A stretch of DNA of 64,000 nucleotides from contig OY829846.1 of the NCBI GenBank assembly GCA_963691875.1, positions 800,001 through 864,000 of the forward strand, written 5' to 3'. The notes under the pieces are model-generated. The model saw only the letters and a program-made list of their open reading frames with translations. It had not been told where the DNA came from and ran no database searches. The position numbers and the translations under genes are program-made. Origin of the DNA: Aureliella sp. (GTDB lineage Bacteria; Planctomycetota; Planctomycetia; Pirellulales; Pirellulaceae). Positions 20,582-29,615 of this stretch are shown piece after piece (positions within the stretch are counted from its first letter, which is position 1; the number at the start of each line of letters is the position of its first letter).

Positions 20582-21502
20582 CTACCCAATGTTCAGGGCG
20601 TTGTCGATCTGGTCAGCAACTATCTTCAAGCGTTGCTCGTTGCCTCCGCCGACCTCGGCCGCAAACCACCCGTGGAAGCCAATGTCATCGATCGCTTTTC
20701 GAACATCGGCCCAAGGAAGATCATCCTCAGTGATATCCGCCCATTTGTCGTTGGCTCGGTGGAAGCCCTTGATATCAAACTTGATGATACGTTTGCCAAG
20801 CGTACGAATCCACTCTGCGGGGTTGCCGTACTTCCAGTGGTTTCCAATATCGAATTGCATTCCAACCCAAGGCGAATTGAACTCGTCAACATACTTCACA
20901 AACTTCTCAGCGCCCTGATCGTTGGGCCCATTATGTTCGTAGCAGAACTGGTTCCATACGTTCTCAATCGCGATCGCTACGCCCAACTCTGCACACAGTG
21001 GAAGTGCTTTGCGGATGTTTTCGACTGAGCGATCCCAGACTTCTTGCTCCGAGCCATCCTTGCCAACACCGACGACCAGCAGCACGGTGTGTCCTCCAAC
21101 AGCCTTCGTTTCGAGAATGCTGTTTTCGAGATTCTTCAACGCTTGCTCACGCACCTTTGCATCAGCATGCGAATGAGTGGTTTTCCAATGAGTATTTCCG
21201 ACGGATCCATCGACCACCAAACCAGTTGCTTCTACAGCCTTCTTGATCTCGTCAACTGGTGCACCTGGGCAACCGATCTCAATACCATCAAAACCAGCTT
21301 CCTTCGCCGCCTTGAACTTCGCAGTCATATCCCCTTTAACCCGAACCATGCCCATCTTTAATGTTTTGAGCAAACGGCGAGGTTCGGTTTCATGGGTAAT
21401 CTCACCGGCGGAAGCGTTTGTGATGGATGTAGAACTGGCAACAGCCGCTGCAGCAGCACTGGAGGCGACGAACTGGCGGCGTGATGGAAGACGATCACTC
21501 AT
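20582..21502 (-). CDS. Tat-exported sugar phosphate isomerase/epimerase (xylose-isomerase-like TIM barrel)
   Basis: SRRQF Tat leader, AGFDGIE, IAIENVWN, QFDIGNH, FDIKGF. Confidence 0.88.
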   Translation of the reverse strand: MSDRLPSRRQFVASSAAAAAVASSTSITNASAGEITHETEPRRLLKTLKMGMVRVKGDMTAKFKAAKEAGFDGIEIGCPGAPVDEIKKAVEATGLVVDGSVGNTHWKTTHSHADAKVREQALKNLENSILETKAVGGHTVLLVVGVGKDGSEQEVWDRSVENIRKALPLCAELGVAIAIENVWNQFCYEHNGPNDQGAEKFVKYVDEFNSPWVGMQFDIGNHWKYGNPAEWIRTLGKRIIKFDIKGFHRANDKWADITEDDLPWADVRKAIDDIGFHGWFAAEVGGGNEQRLKIVADQIDNALNIG

Positions 21503-21826
21503 TGGGAGTACTCAAGAACTAAGGGAAGTAGAAAGAGCAGGAGACAGAACCGGTCACACGAATCATCCTCGAATCTTCAGATTGGCTCATCGATGATTCG
21601 AGCAGAAACTTCCAAAAGACCGACTCCAGACAGCTTAACTGGCCTGAAAGGCCCTTGGCAAGCACGCAAGCTCGTTTGCCGGACAAATCAGATTTGAGCT
21701 GGGGAGCCCACTTCTGGCCATCCTAGCTCAACACTTACGGAATCACTCGCTTCCCACCATACCTGACCCAGCTCTTACAGGGCGAGTGAAGAGTGTTCTT
21801 GCAAGTGTTGTAGAGCTCTTAACCTC

Positions 21827-22618
21827 TTAGAATCCAACGCGGAGGTTGATTCCTGGCCGATAAGGTCCGTAGTACCGTGAATAGCTGGGAACTGGCCGGC
21901 AGTACGGATCAACTACAATGGGCCTTGAGTAGATCACTGGCGTTTGTTGAATGATCACACTCGGCTGATAGCTTGGCCGCTGAGGACCAAGGTAGTAAGG
22001 CTGCGAAGGAGCCGGAGCTGGTGCGACGCGGTTTGATGCCGGAAGCGCCGAAGTCGTGGTAGAAACTTTTCTAGCTCGAACTTGCGAGGCGAGAGGCGCA
22101 GACTGCATTGCGGTCAAAACGTTATCACTCACACCTTGCTGGTGCAACGCAATGATCTCGCTGACTTCCAATCTTCGGTCGACACCACGGCTCTGCAACT
22201 GATTCAGAATCAAAGTTTCACTCAAACCACTTTTTGTCAACTGCACGATGTCGTTGGCCGAGATACCTGCGGGTGTCGCCGGCTGCTGAGCAATTTGTTG
22301 CTGTTGCGCGTACTGGCGTTGTTGCTGAGCATAGTAAGCTTGTTGCTGGTAGGCTTGCTGTTGATAATATCGCTGCCTCGCCAACTGGTCATCCTGCTGC
22401 TTGCCGAGAAGCCCTCCAGTCAGCGCACCGACCGCACCGCCGATCAGAACGCCTTCGGGAGTTTCATCATTTTGCTTGCCAATGATGCCTCCGATGACAG
22501 CGCCAGCGATACCGCCGACGGTTGCGCCATCTTTGGTTCGCGACTGGGCTGAAGCCAACCGCCCGTTCATCAAGCATACGCAGCTTGCCAGAATCACCAG
22601 AACGGTCAATCGCATCAT
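21827..22618 (-). CDS. Secreted glycine-zipper domain protein
   Basis: Signal peptide, GATVGGIAGAVIGGIIG / GVLIGGAVGALTGGLLG, Gln-rich linker, DIVQLTKSGLSETLI. Confidence 0.82.
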   Translation of the reverse strand: MMRLTVLVILASCVCLMNGRLASAQSRTKDGATVGGIAGAVIGGIIGKQNDETPEGVLIGGAVGALTGGLLGKQQDDQLARQRYYQQQAYQQQAYYAQQQRQYAQQQQIAQQPATPAGISANDIVQLTKSGLSETLILNQLQSRGVDRRLEVSEIIALHQQGVSDNVLTAMQSAPLASQVRARKVSTTTSALPASNRVAPAPAPSQPYYLGPQRPSYQPSVIIQQTPVIYSRPIVVDPYCRPVPSYSRYYGPYRPGINLRVGF

Positions 22619-22794
22619 TTTATTACCTTGTGACGAGTTCCCCAGATCGAATTCCATCTAGATCTATCGGCATACCAATTGCCGGGCAATGAAGTAAACA
22701 GCAGCCAATCGTCGACAGCATCTAGGTACTGACCGCAACCTTTCGCAAGGTGTTTATTGTTGGCCTCCAATAGCTCGCAACTTGCTGAAACGCT

Positions 22795-23760
22795 ATGCTG
22801 CTTATGCTGTCATTCCAACTTCGTACACTGCGAGCAGATCTCTTGTCTTCGAAGCCGAAACCGAGTTCCCAAAGCCCACGATTGCCGATGCGAATTGGCT
22901 GTCCTGTTTGGAGCTGCGATGACTGGAGCGAGATCGTTTACCCTGCGCGAACGGCTAAGAGCGAGAAACTGGCTTGGTATACCAGCATGTTTAATACGGT
23001 CGAAGGCAATAACAGCTTCTACGCCATTCCTTCCGAAGATCAAGCTCTACGTTGGGCTAGAACTGTGGCTGAGGGATTTCAGTTTTGCATGAAGTTTCCT
23101 CGCGAGATTTCGCACGAACGCAGTTTGGTCGGCGCGCATGCAGCCACCGACGACTTCCTGCGAGTGTTATACGTGCTGGCGGAGCATGATCGGGCTGGGC
23201 CCGCCTTTTTGCAACTCGGACCCGACTTTAGTCCGAGTCAATTTGCTGCGTTGGAGGCCTATCTCTGTAGCCTCCCCACAGATTTGGGCTGGGCCGTAGA
23301 AGTGAGACATTTTGACTGGTTTGATTCTGGTCCCAATGAGGCTCGGCTGCTCGAGTTGCTCAAGGAGCTGAACATCGATCAATGTCTGTTTGATTCTCGG
23401 CCGCTCTATCAGTTGCCGCCTGACGACGAAATTGAAAGAGCTTCGCAGGGTCGCAAGCCGAAATCACCACTGCGTCGCAATGTCACCGCCAAGCGACCAA
23501 TGCTGCGAATGGTGGGCCGCAATCGAATAGAGCTAGTCCACAGTTTCATAGACGATTGGCTGCCTACACTGAGGCAATGGGTAGATCAAGGACTCGCTCC
23601 CATCGTCTTTACTCACGCTCCCGACGATCGCTACGCACCCGAGTTTGCACGAGAGCTTTGGAGCCGATTCCTCGCACATGAAGCACCGAAAAACAAGACC
23701 TTCGATGAGCTGCCTCGACCACCTGCGAAGCTACAACAGTTGGGATTCGCTTTCGAGTAA
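22795..23760 (+). CDS. DUF72 (YecE-like) protein
   Basis: RIGCPVWS, FNTVEGNNSFYAIP, FCMKFPREISH, AVEVRH, FTHAPDD. The true start may be nearer 22888. Confidence 0.9.
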   Translation: MLLMLSFQLRTLRADLLSSKPKPSSQSPRLPMRIGCPVWSCDDWSEIVYPARTAKSEKLAWYTSMFNTVEGNNSFYAIPSEDQALRWARTVAEGFQFCMKFPREISHERSLVGAHAATDDFLRVLYVLAEHDRAGPAFLQLGPDFSPSQFAALEAYLCSLPTDLGWAVEVRHFDWFDSGPNEARLLELLKELNIDQCLFDSRPLYQLPPDDEIERASQGRKPKSPLRRNVTAKRPMLRMVGRNRIELVHSFIDDWLPTLRQWVDQGLAPIVFTHAPDDRYAPEFARELWSRFLAHEAPKNKTFDELPRPPAKLQQLGFAFE

Positions 23761-24060
23761 GGCTCACCCTAGCTCCTCAGTTCCTCGAACAGGCCGAATC
23801 AAAAAATCAAGCCAGTTCTTCTCACGGCGAGCCCCCTCTGCTTACTGAAGGTGCCGTTGTCCGATGAAACAGTTCACTCCGCTCTTCAAACTGACAAGTG
23901 CCCGCCCAACAGGTTTGAAACCGATCTCATCGATCCTTTCAATATCGCTTCATGCTAGCTATGGCGTTCGCGGGATTGCCAACAATTAAAGCGCGATCTA
24001 AACTCGAAAGGCTACCTGGCATATGACTAGGCCCATTATAACTCTAGCAAAACGATCGAA

Positions 24061-24420
24061 ATGAAAAGCATTCGGCTGCTTATCAATCCAATGCGGACTG
24101 CCAAGCAAGGTGTGCAGGTAAACGTTGGGAAATTTGGTGACGACTATCAATCGCTCGTAACGGCATTGTCGATGCATGAAGAAGACATGCGAGAACTTGG
24201 CGTCGAAGGCGGGCAACAAGTTCTAGTTCGCACAGATCATGGAGAAGCCGAGTTTGTTTGCGACAAATCGAAGGTTCCTCAAGGCATGGCCTTCGTTCCT
24301 TACGGTCCTCCCACATGCCAATTGATGGGTGGCGATACGGGAGGCACAGGAATGCCGACTTCCAAAGGCTGGGAAGCCGATGTCATTGCTCTGCCAGCGG
24401 AAAGTTCAGAAACAAAATGA
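24061..24420 (+). CDS. fwdD: Formylmethanofuran dehydrogenase subunit D-like (molybdopterin dinucleotide-binding domain)
   Basis: RTAKQG...GK, MHEEDMRELGVEGGQQVLVRTDHGE, VPQGMAFVPYGP, DTGGTGMPTSKG follow archaeal FwdD/FmdD; lies upstream of fwdB. Confidence 0.85.
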   Translation: MKSIRLLINPMRTAKQGVQVNVGKFGDDYQSLVTALSMHEEDMRELGVEGGQQVLVRTDHGEAEFVCDKSKVPQGMAFVPYGPPTCQLMGGDTGGTGMPTSKGWEADVIALPAESSETK

Positions 24421-24617
24421 GTCGAGAATGCCCTAAACCCGACCCTGCCTTGGAAGCACAATTCCAGCTCCCGCAAGTTGAGTCAGGCGATTGCGGTCCT
24501 GCTTCATCGCAACCGCAACCTGTTGCCGAATTGCCGGCTCCGTGGGAAGAGATTGAGCCAGGGCGTTTTATGCCGACGCGAGTTCGAGGCAGTTTTGTGG
24601 GCCGAGCTCTTGGCTGA
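24417..24617 (+). CDS. Small hypothetical protein (66 aa) translationally coupled to fwdD
   Basis: ATG overlaps the fwdD stop (ATGA at 24417-24420); MSRECPKPDPALEAQFQLP...WEEIEPGRFMPTRVRGSFVGRALG. Confidence 0.45.
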   Translation: MSRECPKPDPALEAQFQLPQVESGDCGPASSQPQPVAELPAPWEEIEPGRFMPTRVRGSFVGRALG

Positions 24618-24707
24618 ACCTTTACGACTCGCTCGTCTGGTTCAGACAAAGATGAAAACACCAAAGCGCAATAATCCGAACTGCACTTCGTATCGCGACA
24701 GAACGTC

Positions 24708-26042
24708 ATGGATCTTCAAGTAATCGACAATGCAACCTGTACCTTTTGCGGTTGCGTCTGCGATGACATCAAGTTGCACACTGATGGCGAGAGAATTCAC
24801 AAAGCCGAGAAGGCTTGTGTACTCGGCAAAGCATGGTTCTTGAATCATACCGCTGAGGCAAAGTATCCTGCCGCGATGGTTGATGGTAAAGAAGCCTCTT
24901 TGGAGGCAGCGATTGAACGAGCTGCAGAGTTGTTGCACGAGGCCGATTTGCCTTTGGTCTACGGCATGAGCAACACGACCTGCGAGGCGCAGAAAGAATG
25001 CGTAGCGATGGCCGATCGACTAGGTGGGATTGTCGACAGCCACACCTCCTTGTGACATGGTCCAACAGAAATCGCCGCCCAGTTGGGTGGTAAAGTCACT
25101 TGCACGCTCGGCGAAGTCAAGAATCGCGCAGATTTCATTATCTACTGGGGCGGTAATCCCGCTGAGTGCCATCCTAGGCACTTCACCAAATACACGCTGA
25201 TGCAAAAGAGTAAGTTCTTGCCGCAAGGACGCAAGGACCGCACTATGGTCTTGGTGGATATTCGCGAGACCAAGAGCGTGAAGGCCTCGGACATCTTCTT
25301 GCAAGTCCGGCCTGGTAAGGACTTTGAATTGATTACGATTCTCCGTGCGATGATCAAGGCTCAACACGTCTCCGATGCAGAAATCGCCTCTACAGGGCTC
25401 AAGCGCGAAGCGCTTGAAGACCTGGTCAAACGAATGAAGTCGGCCAAGTTTGGCGTGATGTTCTTTGGTATGGGACTTTCCATGACGCGCGGAAAACATA
25501 TGAATTCCGCGGCACTGCTGACTCTCGCTTCTGAGATGAATGCCTTTACGAAATTCGTTGCGATGCCAATGCGTGGGCATGGCAATGTGACGGGTGCGGA
25601 CGTGATCATGCGTTGGCAAACGGGTTATCCCTTTGGGATCACCTACAATCGAGGCTACCCTAGATACAATCCCGGCGAGTTCTCAACCATTGACGTATTA
25701 GTTCGAGGTGATACGGATTGTGTTTTCGTCATTGGTGCCGATCCAGGTGCGACGATGCCGAAGCCAGCCATCGAGCACCTTGCAAAGGTACCAACGATCG
25801 TGCTCGATCCTCATGTAACGCACACGAGCAAACTGGCCAAAGTTCATATTACGACGGCGCCCGCTGGAATCGCAGCTCCAGGGACGGCGTATCGCATGGA
25901 TGAGATTCCGATGCCTCTTAAACCTGCGATCAACTCGCCTTACCCAACGGATGAAGAGGTAGTGCAACGCATTCACCAAGCCGTCGCTGCGAAGCCTGAA
26001 TGGCTGATCGAGCAGCCCCAGATGCTGCACAGCCAAGTCTAG
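24708..26042 (+). CDS. fwdB: Formylmethanofuran dehydrogenase subunit B, selenocysteine-containing (TGA 25053-25055 read as Sec116), 444 aa
   Basis: CTFCGCVCDD...C [4Fe-4S] motif; continuous frame DSHTSL-TGA-HGPTEIAAQLGGKVTCTLGEVKNRAD; WGGNPAECHPRH, FFGMG, PMRGHGNV, PRYNPGE, GTAYRMD. A SECIS-like hairpin follows the TGA. Confidence 0.9.
25053..25099 (+). promoter_or_regulatory. Bacterial-type SECIS element
   Basis: After the UGA: 7-bp stem GCCGCCC(25074-25080)/GGGTGGT(25085-25091) with loop AGTT, starting 25 nt after the UGA and with G at loop position 2. A lower pairing GTGAC/GTCAC is possible. Confidence 0.72.
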
Positions 26043-26181
26043 AGTGGACAATCCGTCGATTTACCCCCTTCGCAGTATTGAAGATAGCGAATGTAGTACT
26101 CTGAATCGTCTTTACGAGATCATCGAATCTTAGTCGGCTGATTCTCTCGCCTAGATCATCATGCCTTTGCTTGAAACCTAC

Positions 26182-27915
26182 TTAGCTAGGCCGCTCGATC
26201 ATCGAACGAATCCGCTCCCGGACGACTTTGGCATTTGTTTTGCCGACGATGTTCTTGGCAAGGCTTAGCTTCTGGCCATCCTCCGTATGGAGCTCAATTG
26301 TATAGATCCGATGCTCGTTCACTTGCCCGCTGTTGATCAGTTCTAAGTTCGTGATCTTCTCACGCGGAACGCACTTTGCCGCTCCGATGCCGAAAATCCC
26401 GCCTTGAACTCGAAGGCCATGAAGCTCTTGCGTGACGACGCTGGAGTAGAAGACACTATCAAGCGTCACGTAGGAAATGAGGAGCGCGAAGAGGACGATA
26501 AACCCGAAGAAAACCAACATCGACTGGATGAGCAGAAAGACCGCAACGGCCCAGAAGCCCAAAGTGAATGCGATGAGAATTGCACTCCCCATGGGACTGC
26601 GAAACATGGGAAAGGTTACTTCCTGAAAACCGATGCTGTTCTCGGCAACCTTCACGCCAATAGATTCAAGAATATCCTCTCTGGCTTCCTCATTCGAGCC
26701 CTCAAGCTGGTATGACTCTGCGACAGATTCATCAAGTTTGAAATCGGGGCGACTCTCATCAGTCTTGAATACCGGCACTTCGAACTCTTCACTGATCTTT
26801 GGGCTACCTGAACGGACGCGCAAATACCAAGTATCCGCTGTCTCTTGTTCCCCCATGTCAGTCGGCGGAGCATTGAACGGCACCGAGAATACAATTGGAA
26901 GCACCGCCATGGTGTTGTCGTGCTCAGCCAAGTCCTTCGCAAAGATTGCTTCCTGGTGATTCATGATTGTTTCTTGGCTATCTTCGCCTCTCGAGATTCT
27001 GCGAACGCAAACCAATTCTGCTTTGACACCTTGTGGAACCTTGGAAGCAAAGGGCACATGCAAGACGCCACTAAACGGTCCTCCAACCACGCCGTGTTTG
27101 GACATCTCAAAGCTGACTGGGCCTCGCCTTGCTGCCAATAGATTGCGAAATAGGATCAAACCTAAGATGATTCCAATCGCAGGGAAAATGAGTGCGATCA
27201 AGGCCCAGACGTCGCCGAACAGCAACTGGTAGATTCCGATGCACCAAGAAGGTAATGCAGCAATGTTCCACCAAACAGCCACCAAGGCGAAGACGCGATG
27301 AAATGTCCGACTAGGAAAAACTGAGCCATCTAGCCAATCTTGCCTCCACTTCCAGGGTTCCTCCGGATGCTTGGCTCTAAGCTTGGCTTCGCTCTTCGAT
27401 TGCTTCAGAACCAATCTGCTACCGGCTATGATTCCCAAGCCAACTGAGCCAAAAATAGTAGCAAAGATATTCATGAAAGCGAACATTTCACTTCGCAAAG
27501 TTCGATCGAGTAACGAATCTTGGGGATTGGAAGGATCTACGAAACAGTCGATCGGTTCACCGTTCGCCTTATGCTTCTTCAAGCGACGAGCCAAGCTCTT
27601 CTGAAAGGAACCAATATTGTCGGAACCTCCCCCAAGACTGACTCGATCACTCGTGAACCTTCGGCCATCGACTTCGTATTCGTAGGTTGCGACGGCTTTG
27701 TACGTAGTTCCATCAGAGTCCGAGTGCGTCTCAAGCTCTGCCGACAGTACCGTCGCTTGAACCGTGGGCCATGAGCAGGCTTTCTCCCAGCGGTAAATGC
27801 TGTAGCATGCATAGCAGAACGCTCCGATTCCGACACAAGCGAATGGAAAAGCGAACATCACGAGGCATCCGGCCCCCATGTATCGTTCTGCAGAGTTTTT
27901 CTTCTTCGTTGGCAT
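26182..27915 (-). CDS. DUF3592 domain membrane protein
   Basis: WPTVQATVLSAEL...YEYEVDGRRFTSDRV...CFVDPSNPQDSLL; multiple TM segments; PEEPWKWRQDW. Confidence 0.82.
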   Translation of the reverse strand: MPTKKKNSAERYMGAGCLVMFAFPFACVGIGAFCYACYSIYRWEKACSWPTVQATVLSAELETHSDSDGTTYKAVATYEYEVDGRRFTSDRVSLGGGSDNIGSFQKSLARRLKKHKANGEPIDCFVDPSNPQDSLLDRTLRSEMFAFMNIFATIFGSVGLGIIAGSRLVLKQSKSEAKLRAKHPEEPWKWRQDWLDGSVFPSRTFHRVFALVAVWWNIAALPSWCIGIYQLLFGDVWALIALIFPAIGIILGLILFRNLLAARRGPVSFEMSKHGVVGGPFSGVLHVPFASKVPQGVKAELVCVRRISRGEDSQETIMNHQEAIFAKDLAEHDNTMAVLPIVFSVPFNAPPTDMGEQETADTWYLRVRSGSPKISEEFEVPVFKTDESRPDFKLDESVAESYQLEGSNEEAREDILESIGVKVAENSIGFQEVTFPMFRSPMGSAILIAFTLGFWAVAVFLLIQSMLVFFGFIVLFALLISYVTLDSVFYSSVVTQELHGLRVQGGIFGIGAAKCVPREKITNLELINSGQVNEHRIYTIELHTEDGQKLSLAKNIVGKTNAKVVRERIRSMIERPS

Positions 27916-28371
27916 CGATTGGCTTGCTTTTTAGAGGTAGCGTCAGGTTTTCCATGCTGAGACACCTGAGCGGTTTGCGATTCAGCCTCTATTGTAGCCG
28001 TCTCCGCGGTGTAGCGCTGAACCTTGAGCGCTGTGCATCGCCACGAAGCATCTTTTCCTAACCCAAAGTGTGACGTTTGATGTCGCAATCTGCCAAACTT
28101 ACCCTCCCGTTTGCGTGAATGCCAGACGAAGACTAACGCTACGGGTCGGTGCCATCAGCCGGGAAGGGCTGGATCGGCACTTCTCCTCTCACATGACTCG
28201 CGACTTTCCCCAAAGAGAATTTGTTGCAAACGAATGAAAACTAGATGCAATCCTAGTTCCGAGATTCGTAAAGCATCGGCTAGGCGATAGACATAGCGAG
28301 GCAAAGCTGAGCGTACTCGCTAACGTTTGGGGTTGTGATTTGAGAGAGAACGCTCTGCCGCCAGCTCACGC

Positions 28372-29163
28372 TCAGCGGCTTAGGTTCCAAGAGTCGAGAG
28401 CATACTTCTCGTTTACCAACGCTGACGTTTTGGCCTTCAAGAATACAAGCTCAGAATCAGCTAACGGCTCCGTTGCCCCCCAAACTTCTTGCAGCGAAGT
28501 ACACAATGCATGCCGATCAATATTGAGATTCGCGATGAAATCAGCATGACTTCGCTTGCCGCGATAGTCTGGCTCACGCGGCGGATGACGCAGGTAACGA
28601 GACACAAGGTGCAGTTTCATGTTCAGCAGCAGGGTTCCGTGATACAAGACCCACTCTCGTGTGACTCTGAGTGCATTACCGCTGACCTTGCGGTCCGAGA
28701 GCGTCAAATCACAAGTACCTTGCAATGCAGTCCCCGGTCGCAGTGGTTCAATGGCTCGCTGGATCTCCTGCATCACAAAAGCGTGCGCGTTATCCAACAT
28801 CTGCAATTCGGGCCGACGCTTGAGTGAGAGCAGCACTGTATAAAACATGCAACCAGGTGCAGCGAGAATGGTTGCCCCGCCGCTGACGCGCCGGAGTATT
28901 GGAACGGAATCTTGGCTACAGAGGTCTAGTTGCACCTCTTCGGCGTACCTACTGCCGCGTCCAAGAACCACAAAGGGGCTGATTGCATCCCAAACTCGCA
29001 AGCATTCGCCAAATCGCGCTGCCTCAGCCGCAAGCAGCATTGACTCGTCGATTGCCAAGTTTTCTTGATGAGACGGGGCCGTGAAATCCATGAACCGCAA
29101 ATCTTGGGCCTCTGATAATAGACTGAGTGAGCTGGGGATAGGATTCGCTGAGCGGACTGACAC
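28372..29163 (-). CDS. Lipoate-protein ligase A family protein
   Basis: ENLAIDE, VVLGRGS, RRVSGGAT, DRKVSGNA, LYHGTLL. Start uncertain. Confidence 0.88.
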   Translation of the reverse strand: MSVRSANPIPSSLSLLSEAQDLRFMDFTAPSHQENLAIDESMLLAAEAARFGECLRVWDAISPFVVLGRGSRYAEEVQLDLCSQDSVPILRRVSGGATILAAPGCMFYTVLLSLKRRPELQMLDNAHAFVMQEIQRAIEPLRPGTALQGTCDLTLSDRKVSGNALRVTREWVLYHGTLLLNMKLHLVSRYLRHPPREPDYRGKRSHADFIANLNIDRHALCTSLQEVWGATEPLADSELVFLKAKTSALVNEKYALDSWNLSR

Positions 29164-29615
29164 TAGGATCGCTTACTTGTGGACGACATGACTCTAGCTG
29201 CCGGTGCCTGCACACAAACGCTGAAGAGCCGAAGGTCAGCTTCTATTAGCTCAACTAATCGGGACAGTTCCATCGCGATTCAGAACCAAGAGTCCGGTTG
29301 GCTGACCTTCTGATTCAAATTTTGCCTACATAAACCTCGGACGCCTAGCGATTGCAAGGTTTAACCAAACTACGCATGAAAGCGAAAAAAACTTGATTCC
29401 ATAACCGGCGTGCGTTCGATACAACTCGACGTGCGCCTTTCTGCGCAACCCTGCTGCGAGGCACATCGTTCGCTCGGATTCATGGAGGATCATGCAGGAC
29501 AGAAGCGACTTTACAGCCTGGAGAGATTATCCAGGTTGGATCGCTTCGTTGTAAACCCGCGGGTGCATTGTCAGCTGAGGAAAGCTGTGATCGCATTTTG
29601 GAAACCAGATTCTCC

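Noticed and set aside
21690..21815. Two adjacent long imperfect hairpins downstream of the glycine-zipper gene
   Set aside because: Plausibly a terminator or stability structure, with no evidence for a defined ncRNA.
23761..24060. Moco/Wco riboswitch upstream of fwdD
   Set aside because: The context is suitable, but I could not find the conserved multi-stem pattern by eye. An Rfam/Infernal scan would settle it.
24708..26042. fwdB as a nonsense-mutated pseudogene or two separate genes
   Set aside because: The only interruption is a TGA exactly at the metal-ligand Cys position, followed by a SECIS-like hairpin, and all other motifs are intact. Sec recoding explains this better, pending a check for sel genes.
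26043..26181. Archaeal-type 3' UTR SECIS after fwdB
   Set aside because: Only a weak TTCGC/GCGAA hairpin is present, with no convincing GAA/A motif on a GC-rich stem.
27916..28371. Intergenic hairpins such as GTGCCATCAGCC...GGCTGGATCGGCAC as a riboswitch or sRNA
   Set aside because: Isolated hairpins with no recognisable family consensus and no second copy in the window.
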